Below are positions 1-10,085 of a stretch of 64,000 nucleotides of DNA, one piece after another. Numbering within the stretch: the first letter of the stretch is position 1; every line of letters begins with the position of its first letter. A program made the translations under genes and the position numbers. The notes under the pieces are model-generated. The model saw only the letters and a program-made list of their open reading frames with translations, ran no database searches and was not told where the DNA came from. The DNA lies in contig CM052817.1 of assembly GCA_028534125.1 (NCBI GenBank), positions 91,762,001-91,826,000 on the forward strand, in the 5' to 3' direction. The DNA comes from Lama glama. Lineage: Eukaryota.

Positions 1-420
1 CAGGTGAACACGCTCCTGGGAACCAGCACCTGGATTAAGAAACAGAACCCTGTGAGGAGCCCTCATGCCCCTTTCCAGTCATTACTTTCATCCGACCCGC
101 TGGAACCACTATCCCAAGCTAACAACAGGTGAGTTACGTCTGCTTCTGTACTTTATAGAAGGGGGTTTACACAGTGTATTCAAGTCTGGCTTTTGTGTCT
201 GGCTCTTTGGTTTAATTGTATATGAGAGCTTCATCCACAGTGATGCATGCAGTGTGGTCTGTTAATTCTCACTGTTGAGCACTAGTCCCTCACATGAACA
301 CACCAAGATTTATTTACCTGTGCACCAGGGATAGTTATTTAAGGGTGCCTCCGGGTTTAGGCTGTCACAGATACCACTGCTATGAGCATCCTTGATCAAC
401 ATCTATGGCTCTTCTGCTGT
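1..420 (-). mobile_element. Old L1 (L1M-class) 3' fragment
   Basis: Degenerate antisense L1M 3' motifs (ttttgtgtctggct, ttcatcca, actgctatgagcatccttg). Boundaries are approximate. Confidence 0.55.
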
Positions 421-869
421 GTGGACTTGCTGGCTTATGAGGAAGGAGCAGTGAAGGAGGCAGCTCTGACTCTGATTTTCCAACATCAGCCCGCATGCTT
501 TCCTCATGCTGGGGACTGAGCTCAAATGGACAAGCAACTAATTTTTAATGACCAAAATAGATGCTTCGGGTGTAAGAAGATGGGATTCTCAGAAACTACA
601 CAAAAGTCTCCTTTTATTCCCAGGAAGCCATACTGCCTGCAAAACACATCTCCACAAGCCAGATACACAGTATTTACTGCCTTGTGGAGACCGTGAGGGG
701 TTCCATGTATACCGCGGGCCAGGAGGCTTGCGTTTTAGTTTTTCGTCTTACTGTCACGGGGATTCTGCTCGGCCAGCCCTGTTGCCAATATACTGGGAAG
801 GCTATTATGACCATTATCATGCTGTATGTGAAAAAGGGAGAGGAAATCAGAATATGGTGGAAAGAGCAA

Positions 870-955
870 AGAAAGGGGTTTTAGTTCTAGGTCTGCGGTC
901 AAATAGCTGCGTGACCTCTGGCACGTCACTTAACCTCCTTCTGCAGCTGCTAAAT
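870..955 (+). mobile_element. MIR SINE core fragment
   Basis: tagctgcgtgacctctggcacgtcacttaacctc resembles the MIR core TAGCTGTGTGACCTTGGGCAAGTTACTTAACCTC. Confidence 0.65.
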
Positions 956-2564
956 ATTCATTAAGCACCTTTCATCTGCAAGGGTTCTAAAAACATAGAC
1001 AAGGGCCAGGCTCTTAAGAGTGTTCATTACAAAAATAACACACATTGACCACTTCTTAACACATGTGTTTATTTCTATTTTTTCTCTTGTTTTTGTTCCT
1101 GGGCAGCTCTGTAATTTTCCTTTTCTTTCTTTCTTTTTTTCCCCTTTTTCTTGACAAGACCAGTTGGCACTCTGGCGTGGGGACACCCCTGGGCTGGTAC
1201 AGCCGTACTCGGCCTGCTTACCCCCCATTCCCTCTGCGTCTTGGTCACAGTATCAGGCACACTTGAAATTGCCTGGGATTGGCTGAGGAGAGGATTTGCA
1301 AAGCCCAGCGTCCCTGCAGCAGCTCCATTTATCACTGCCTCAGAGAGATTAGCGTGGCTCCTTGTCACACACCTTATGCGGGGTGAGAGGGATAGAGGTT
1401 TGTTTGCACAAGAGCTGCCAGGCGGCTGACTGACCTCGGTAAAAAGGGAGATAATTACACAGCTGTTCAGGAACAAAAGCAAAAAGGGAACATAAGTGAA
1501 CTGTGCTCAATGGTACAATTTTTCTATTTGGGGGACGACTGGTGTTACTTTGAATGGCTGCTCTTGGTTAGTAAGGACCTCAATGCACCTTGTGTCCTAC
1601 ACAGTATCTTGTATAGATATGGTGGAGGATATTTAATAAATTTCCAAAATTCTGATCCTACTAGGAACATTCTAGAAGGGTAACTGTGGGCCTTGAGCCT
1701 TAGATGACAGCCTCACATCTCCTATAATAGAAGGGTGTGATGCAATGGACCACCCCCCACAGAAGCTAACTAGGGACCTCCTGTGGAAGGTCTCAGGCCT
1801 TTCCTGGGATAACACTAAATCAGGCACGGGCATCTTGAAAAAACAAAACGCACTGAAACTTAGGGCAGAGGGCAGGGAAGGCTTTCTTTCAAAGCTGAAG
1901 GAATTATATGTCAAGGGCGGTCAAAGATGTCTAGGGTAAAGCTTTCTGTGTATTAGGCCTTCCTTTAACTCAAAGATTTCCTGAACTGTTTTAAAAGCTG
2001 CTGGGAATTTTCTCAAGTTTGCACCCTTTCTGTGACCCTGAGTTCAGGTTTCCAGGTAGTTCTGTGGGCCCTATTATTCTGCTATTGTTCCCGTTCCATT
2101 GTTCATGACCAATTCTGTAAGAATTCTCCTCAATCCCTCCTTTTGACACTTTCCTCCAAGAAACAAACTTCTCTGAATTATTTTCTTTTTTCTCCAGGCT
2201 GGAAATATTAGAGTTTGTGAAGACTGTGAACCAGCCCCCTCCCATCACTGCCCCCCATGCTGATTACACAGACCCCTGCACCAGAAACCAGAAGAAAAGA
2301 GCCAGCCTTGAATGGAAGAAGGGTCTCTGGAGAGTGGGTCTTCAAAAGGATGGTGGAAGCCTGTCTTTTAAGAACAAACGAATTCGTTCTAAGAAAAAGC
2401 CCAACTAATTGAAGGGTCTAAATTCTGCAGGTTCTTCTGCAGATCTCAGAAAGGCTGGCTTGTGAATTTCTTGATGAAGGACACGAACTGAGGTGCCCTC
2501 ACAGACACCAGGCGCGGGATAAATGTTTGCTGAACGAATGACTCACACCATGGGCGCGTGTTAC

Positions 2565-2807
2565 CTGCTCGGCCAGAATCTGCTGCTGCTGCTGCTGCCT
2601 CTGCTCCCGCAGGAACTGCTGCTTCTGCTGCTCCATCAGCTGGGCCCGCTGATCAATGAGCATCTGCTTCATGATGGCTGCCTGGGGCTGGCTGCCCAGG
2701 AAGCCGGGACCCGCGGGACTGGCTCCTGAGACCATGCCGCCGGCGCCTGGGGGTACGGAGGACTGCATGGGGCCCGCTGTCCTCGGAAGCCCCACCGGGT
2801 GCTGCTC
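2565..2807 (-). CDS. MAML3: Internal coding exon of Mastermind-like 3 (likely exon 3), 81 codons
   Basis: Encodes EQHPVGLPRTAGPMQSSVPPGAGGMVSGASPAGPGFLGSQPQAAIMKQMLIDQRAQLMEQQKQQFLREQRQQQQQQILAEQ, recognised as the glutamine-rich MAML3 segment. Acceptor ttctcttctcttcctgtcctcccag|GAG (AG at 2809-2808) and donor CAG|GTAACA (GT at 2564-2563). 243 nt, phase 0 at both ends. It sits inside ORF 2499..2921, whose flanks are intronic. Confidence 0.92.
2580..2597 (-). repeat. Coding (CAG)6 polyglutamine tract
   Basis: The plus strand reads ctgctgctgctgctgctg, which is six uninterrupted CAG codons within the exon. Confidence 0.95.
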
Positions 2808-5800
2808 CTGGGAGGACAGGAAGAGAAGAGAATGCAGCGATTCCACATCTGAAGGGAAGCATTGGGGAAGGGGGATGGGGCAGGTCCCCAGCTTGTGGAC
2901 CTGCGGGATCCTGAGTGGCACACGTTACATTTCCATAAAATAACCCAGTGGTCCTCAAACCTAGCCTGACCACAGTGAGAGTGGAGAGGCTACAGGGGAC
3001 AGTAATACAGCAGGGCTCTGGGGAACCTGAGACCAGGTCCAGTTGTTTTCGATGGGACTGGCTAAGGAACAAGAATTGGGTTTTCAGCTAATAATCCGAG
3101 TGCCTCCAAAGGAAAAGGAATAAATCCTTGGAGGCAGGGCTCACCTTGAACCTGGAATGAGACAGCCTTGACCTTACCTCTTAATCCTTCCTGCCTACCT
3201 GGCCAAAATGGGCTTCTTATGCTTCCATATTTTGGTAATTATAAATAATGTTGCTGTTACTAGTCGGGTGTAAGTATCTTTTTGAGTTAATTCTTATTTT
3301 GTGGTTGGCTTTATTCCTTTGATAACTATGTAAGTTTAAAAAGCTAAAGCTCTAAATGTTCTTAGAAACAACCAACAGTACATATATGTAAATTTAAAAA
3401 TATGTGCAGTATACTGTGTATATGTATTTACATGCAATATATTGTATATGTGCAGCCAAATTGTAACCATTCTACCTAATAAAACTGAAAAATGAGAAAA
3501 AAAATGGGCTTCTTCGCTGGTAGGAGAGACTTTTACAGAAGACTGCTGGAATTTATTAATCAACAGATCAGCTATTTGATGGAATTCTAATTAATTGTGC
3601 CATTTGAAAACTTTGACATATGTAAAAAAAAAATCCTGGTAGTGAGAATTGTTGATGGTGAGAATTGGGAGTGTGTTACACCGACCAAAGACATGTAATC
3701 TCCTAACATCTTTAAAAATAGAATCGAGTCTCCTATGTCTGGGATAATTTAAACGTGGGGAATTGAACTGGGTCTCGATTCTACAATTATGCGTCAGTCA
3801 GTCAATGATGGCAAGTTTTAAGGACTGTCCTTAAGGAACAGGAGGTAAAGTGGCAGAGAACTACTCACACACAGCCCAAGTGACTACTGGGAGAAAGTAC
3901 TCAGAGGGGAACCCTGTAACAGCCCCACGGTGTAGACCATTAGGGGGAAATGGCTGATGGGAAAAGTAGGTGTGTGACCATAAGATTTCGTTTTCTTTCT
4001 TTCCTGTTCATTCTGTCAGGCATACCTGGCAACAGCCAAGTATAGTCTGAACATTCTGCAGAAAGTTTCCTTTTGATTCACTCAAGTTTCAAGTAATTTA
4101 TCTGAACAAAGACTGGCCGCTGAGAGTACACAAATGAAATGGGCACGTGTGTAAGGACATACATAGTCATACTGAGGCCTGATGATGAGACTTAGCTCAG
4201 GAGAAATGAATGTGAATAAATCCATAGTTACTCACATTTTTTTTTAATCCAGGCAAACTGGATTTTTAAAATATTTCTTCATTGTAAAATCCAGATATTC
4301 ATTCCCCCCCCACCGGTATTATTTCCAGTTATTTGGGGTGAAGGAAATTAATATTATACAGGTGTATACATAAAAGTGATTACCTTAACTGGATGTTTAG
4401 TAGTTATCACACTTTACATGTTACTTTTATTTGCAATGGCATGTCCATCATTACTGATGCATTCCTTCAACAGTGCATTCAACTAGCCTGCTTTGTGAAC
4501 AACATGAATTTTATCTGTCTCTTCTGAGCCATCCTAAGTGACAAACAGTGCAGTCAAACAGGATTTTAATATTTTTCCTCTTTTTGCTTTGCTCCCTCTT
4601 CAGTGTCGGTGCAGTCAGTCACACTGCAGCCTCCTCTCAAAACATACAGTTGTGTTTGATCTCTGTCCCTCCTGGAGACACGGCCCTGCACTGGAGTCCC
4701 TGGAGCCCGGGCCCGCTGTACCCCCGCCCTCTACCGCATGGTGCTCAGCCACTCATGCTCTTCTTTCCAGCTGTGAGATTCCCAAACTGCATCTTCAGGG
4801 GCCCTTCTTCCCTCCCTCTGCCACCCAAACAAAATAAAACCAGCAACACAAACAACAAACAAAAATTCATTACTCCTCTCATCCAGGAAACAAGAGCCTA
4901 AGCAGTCCTGGTGCGTTAGTGTGGTAGCCCAGGTCACATGGTCAGTAAATGGAAGAACCAGAACCTGCAGACCTGGAACACTGATCTTGAGTCTTCACAA
5001 GTATTGAGTATTCCTTCCACAAGCACAGGCCTGTCCCAGACTGTGGGTCCGTAGTGCCAAGTATGCACCTAAGAATTGCCTGTAGACTAAATAGATATTA
5101 TGTCTCCTATAAATGTACTGTATTCTAGTTTTCAAATGTCAGTGTTTTGTTGCTGAAGTTAAAACTTCTTGTCTTTGTGTTATTTTCTCTGGACACAGAC
5201 AATTATGAGGTAGAGAGCTATGAAATATTTATGTTAATAAAAGATCTTATGTTCAACAGTGCCAGGAACTTTATGCTATCAATAAATTTACTTTATGAGT
5301 GACTCCTGCAGAGGTCAAGATATTTCAGTCTTTTCTTTCCCCCCAAACTTGCTACCTGTTTTCCAAACCCTTCCTTCCAGTGGGATAAAGCTGTTTGTCA
5401 CTACTTTAGGAGACAGATGTCTGATTGACCTAACACTTTAACAAATGAACTCACACTGAAGTATAGGTAGTTAACCAATCAGCAAAAATACAAATACAGT
5501 TTTTTTATGTGTATTTCAGTATATTTGCTACTTCTCAGTTTTGATAAGGAGGAGAGAGTTGGAAAGAAAATGAGACCCAAGGGAAGATTAAGTTTTCTTC
5601 AGCTTGCTTTTCTGAGAGGACTGGTCTGGGCTGGCTCCGTTTATCTTAGTGCACTTTGAGATATTCTTGTCCTGTGTGACCAGCTCCCCATGTGACTGGT
5701 GAGCTTGCCCAGAAGTGGTAGGTAGTGATATGTTGCTTTCCTAGCCTTCTCTCTACTCGGAAGGAAAGGGAGAGGCAAATGAGGTGATGACGTCTATTCC

Positions 5801-7249
5801 CCTGAGCACTTGCGGTCCCTGCCTTTTTGGAGCAAAAAGAAATACAGGTATCCCCTACTTTTTGAAAGTTCACCTTACAACACTTCACTTTTATGAAAGA
5901 CCTACACAAGTACCTGTTTGGGCTAACCAAAAGAAATCCGAAGAGGATTTTCGCTTTTATGAAAACAGGTGAAAATTTAAAATAGCGTTCAGTGTTTGTT
6001 TTGCAGAGTGATTACAGAGGCAGCGGGAAACCCTGGCGGCGAAAATAGCGCCGCCAAGCTGCTTCCCTGGGAACTATACTCAGCATCTCGGCATCAAGCT
6101 ACCATTGCTTTGAAGTGTCTGTGAGCATCTATGCTTTATCTCTATTTATTTTGCACATTCTTAGCAAGATGTGATCTAAGGTACTTGCTTCTTTACTTTA
6201 AGCCGGTTCGACTTAGGAAAGGTTTCACAGGAACAGCTCTGTTTCAGATGGGTGCGGGAGGAGGGGACCTGTATGTACTTCAAAAGCACAGTAGGGGGGA
6301 AAAAACCTTCCCAAAGGGATAGTCCAGTTATTACTTTTCAGAATTATATATTTTCCCAAATGATTCTCTCTCAAAGGTTTTGCCTTCAAGTTTCTCACTG
6401 AAGGCCTGAAGACCAAGAGGCAGGAGGGCTACGTGCATTTTTAAAGGATTGCCTTCCATATGAAACATCCCCAAGTCTACGCTGATACACCTTCAGGACT
6501 TTCCCAGCCATCTCTGCTGCATTCAACAGCAGGTGAGTGACACCTAGAGCCCCAGCCTCGGGTGTGTATGCCAAATGTGAAAACCAACCAAGTGACTCAC
6601 CTTACAAATTGAGCTGGCTGAGGCCATTAGCCGTTTCATATGACATGGTGGCTTTTAACCTCGTCTAAGAGGGCTTAATGAGCAATAGTCTGTCGAATTT
6701 CAGGACTTCAAACCACTGCTCTCATTTCTAAGGAGGACACACACTGTGTGCAATTAGAGAAAACCAGGCTGTGCTTTCGTCACCAGAAATGTAATGCCTT
6801 GAAGCCAAATGATGCATTATTTTTAGTTTTAATTACTAGCTTGTTCTCCACTCCACCCCCTGCCCAACGACCTCCCTTGCCTTCTACCCAGAATCCTAAT
6901 TCAGCCTCTTCCCCGCAGAAATCCAATTGACTACATAGATCTTCATTGCTCCCCAAAGCTCTCACTCTTCAGTAAAATAAAGGGAGGGGGGAAAAATCAA
7001 AACCACTGAACCTATTTTACTTATCGTCTGCTCCAGGGAAAAGATCTTAGCAATTTTCTAAGGGCTGGAGAGAGGCAGGAGGTGTAAAAAACACCCGACC
7101 TCCCCCAAAGAGGCAGTTTTCTACTTCAAAAAACAGCTGTGGTAAAAATATCTCCCAAGAGCAGCCAGCTGTTTATTTATAAATCTGTGCGTAAGGAAGC
7201 TTTATTTCTTCTTCGTGTTTTCAAGAACACAAACCGTGTTTGGCTGAGA

Positions 7250-8540
7250 TGGGCCCAGGATGCTGCGGCGAACCAAAGCCTGTAGTCTCCTTAGCGAAAG
7301 GGTTGCAAAAGGCTGCCAGCGGCGATGAGACTGAGGTGATGGGACTTTGCGGAGAACTGGCTGGAGGATGCCCAGGGCTTCAGCCTTTTTTCAGGTGTTT
7401 TCGTCGGAGAACAAGGAGCAGCTGCTGTTCTCCCTCTGCCCCAGCAGATGGTGGTGTCAGCCCGGTCCTCGCTGCCAGCCCGCCCGCTCCGCCCGCGCGG
7501 TGTGTCCCCCCACCCCCAGCTTGCAGATGGCTTAATCATGACTCGCCTTCCTCCCCCTCCCGTCCCCCCGCCCTGCGCGTCTGGGCTAACGCTGCGAGCG
7601 TGGAGCCAGGCAGTCAAGTGTTACTGCGTACAGCAGGTAGCCTGGCAACTGAGAGCATAATACCGAGCAGATGGTGTTCGCACGGCGTGATGGACATCAC
7701 ACACGACAGCCTGAGACAATCCAGGAATTCCCTGGTGACTCGAGGCCCTCTTTACACAAAATGAGTTCTCTCTCCATTGCCGTGTATCTCTAGGGTTATC
7801 TCCCCCCCCTCTCTGACTGACACTGAACTGGTTTCTTATTACCGACTTTGCTTCTAGCCCGAGGGGAGGGAGATTTCACGTTGGGGTGGGGGAGGCCGTG
7901 GAAAGAAATGGAAGGGCTGAGAGCGGGAGGAGATGATGGGGGGTGGTGGCGACCCGAGAGTGTACGGACAGTGGCGTAACCCAGACCCCGGGGCGGATCG
8001 TCCAAGAGGAACAGGGTTTCCCGTAGTCCTGGCTGCACGAAGCCAGCGCGGGGAGGGCAGCGGTGGGGGCGAGCGTGGGCTCAGTGTCTCTGCATCGCAA
8101 GGACTACGAAGAGCCTAAATGAAATTTAGAATTTTACTTAAAAAGTCCCCTGGGGCGTAATTTAGCCTCTCGACTCAAGCCTATATTCTTACAAGTCCTC
8201 AGGGAACTCTAAGAAGTCAGGAGTGGGGCCCGTGCGCCCCCGGCAGGCCCGGAGATGCCTCTTGGCGCAGGCGTGCTTAACAAAGAAACCGACAAGGCGG
8301 TAGGGGCTCGGGCAGGGGCTGCTGGGTTGGGGGTGGGCGTGGGGCCGCTGGCAAGGCGCCCAGGGGCCCCGACATCCTTGGCCCGCGCGCTTCTCCGCAA
8401 CTGGTGAGGCTGGGACGCGCTCCGGGGGCGCACTTCCCGCCCCCACTCCCCTCCCCACCACGCCCGCCGTGTGTGCGGGCCGCCAAGAAGAAACTGGGAA
8501 CCGAGGGCATAGGGGGCGCGAGTTGGGGGAGGAGGGAGGG
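7250..8540. promoter_or_regulatory. Intragenic CpG island, candidate internal promoter or enhancer
   Basis: Sharp rise in GC content and CpG density against a CpG-depleted background, with GC-box-like tracts and G-runs and no recognisable repeat. Boundaries were judged by eye. Confidence 0.85.
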
Positions 8541-9151
8541 GGTGTGCTTGTGGTAGGAAAAAGTGAAATTAATACAGACACAAGCATGTCCCAGAAAACA
8601 GATCTGTGCTTTTCACACACACTGAAGAGACTCAAGTAATTAAAGAAAAATAATAAAAACAAAAACTTCAGCTCCAAAGGAATTTCACCTAGATTCTATA
8701 CATGGAGACACTGCTATATCCAACCCTTCAACACTGGGGGGGGGGCGGGGGGAAGGGCTTTCTCCTGCAGAGGTACTATTCAAGTTTTAAGTTTCAGAAG
8801 GAGGGAGGGAGTCTTTTCAAAGGTGGAAGCTGACGTTTCACGCAGAACATCACGTTTGCTGGGAGAGTTTCATGTCAGAGAATCCGACACCCACTGCAGC
8901 TCTGGGTGGAGGCGTCGGGCTGTGACTCTCAGAGGCCCAGGATGGTGAACTGGAATTCTGAGGCTCAGGGAACCATTTGACCTCTCAGGTTTCAGTCCCC
9001 ACCTCCTCAAATGAAAATCATATCCACAGAACTATTCCCCCGACAATGGAGACTTTGGAGATGAAAGGCCTATAGAGAGAAAATGGCTAAGAAGAGGCTA
9101 AAACCTCCCCACTTCCAATGTGGGCTGTTGCGGAACGATAACCGGCTAAAC

Positions 9152-9320
9152 CAGGGGTTCTCTAAGTGTGGTTCTGGAACCAGCAGCATCAGCATCACCT
9201 GGCAGCTCGTTAGAAATGCAGATTCTCAGGCTCTGCCCCAGGCCTCAGGTATCAGAGTCTCTGGGAGCAGTTTAACATGCCCTCGGATAATTACCTTGCC
9301 CCATGTTTTGAGAATCACTG
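9152..9320. mobile_element. MER5A-like hAT-Charlie MITE
   Basis: cagggg ttctctaagtgtggt...accagcagcatcagcatcacctgg...gttagaaatgcagattctcagg...tttgagaatcactg matches the MER5A body and terminal inverted repeats. Confidence 0.8.
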
Positions 9321-9759
9321 CGGCAAATATTCCTGGTTTATGGGCACTGACTGCAGCCTAGGGTATCAGCACTCTCTGTGCCCTGATCAGACTGCAGACC
9401 CTGCACTTTCAAAAGTAAGTCAGAATGCTGAGTTGCTTAGATTTCTGTTGCCGATTCTTCTACATTTGGGAGAAAACTCAAATTTTCAGAGGGCTGCTCA
9501 GGCAATGTAAACTCAAGAATTCTAAAAGGGGCCTATGGCCATGATTCTTTCAGAAAGATCAGTATTCCTGCTGCTCTGCTTGGAGGCTGAGGAGCAGCCA
9601 AGATTGAGGAAGAGGTGAAGCCAAACTCCCTTGCTCAGGAAGGGAGCATCAAACATCATTAGCCTTCTGTCCCCTGGTCTGATATAAGGTAGGAAAGTCC
9701 CCTCTGGTCAGAAAAGACTCTTCAAACATGAATAAGACCAGAGCAACAATGGAAGAAGA

Positions 9760-10085
9760 CAACTAACACTTATGAGTCACCTACTGTATGCAAAATGCAC
9801 TGCTGGGTGTTTTCATCTGCGTAATTAAACTCTTTTTTTTTTTTAGTTGAAGTATAGTCAATTTACAATGTTGGGTCAATTTCTGGTGTACAGCATAATG
9901 TGTCATACATACATACATATATATTCCTTTTCACATTCTTTTTCGTTATAGGTTATTAGAAGGTATTGAATATCTGTGATATACATAAACTTATTTTCTT
10001 CATTTAAAAAAATCTGAGTCTCTGAGAGGTTAAGTAACTTGCCTGATGTCCCTCAGCTGATGGTGGTCTTTGGGATTCTGACTTT
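9760..10085 (-). mobile_element. MIR SINE interrupted by an L1 fragment
   Basis: Antisense MIR tail (ctaacacttatgagtcacctactgtatgc) on the left and core (gagaggttaagtaacttgcctga) on the right. Confidence 0.7.
9833..9985 (-). mobile_element. 5'-truncated L1 3' end
   Basis: Poly(T) at 9833-9844 followed by agttgaagtatagtcaatttacaatgttg...tttctggtgtacagcata, a typical laurasiatherian L1 3' UTR in antisense. TAAACT direct repeats at 9826-9831 and 9986-9991. Confidence 0.8.

Larger units (their letters stand above)
1..2564 (-). other. MAML3: Intron downstream of the exon (likely MAML3 intron 3); next exon lies outside the window
   Basis: Begins with GT at 2564. The expected continuation (QLQQSHLPRQ-like peptide, from memory) was not seen in 1-2564. 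Confidence 0.75.

Noticed and set aside
2499..3072. Overlapping ORFs around the MAML3 exon, including the full 140-aa ORF
   Set aside because: Only 2565-2807 is bounded by splice signals and is MAML3-like. The rest is intronic read-through or shadow frames.
3719..3834. Inverted repeats TAGAATCGAG/CTCGATTCTA and TTAAGGACTGTCCTTAA as a possible miRNA or structured RNA
   Set aside because: The stems are too short or lack a usable loop, and there is no extended pairing.
7240..8677. Long ORFs in the CpG island (174 aa at 7240..7764 +, 162 aa at 8189..8677 -, and others)
   Set aside because: Pro/Gly/Ala/Arg-rich low-complexity translations, expected from stop-poor GC-rich DNA. No recognisable domain.
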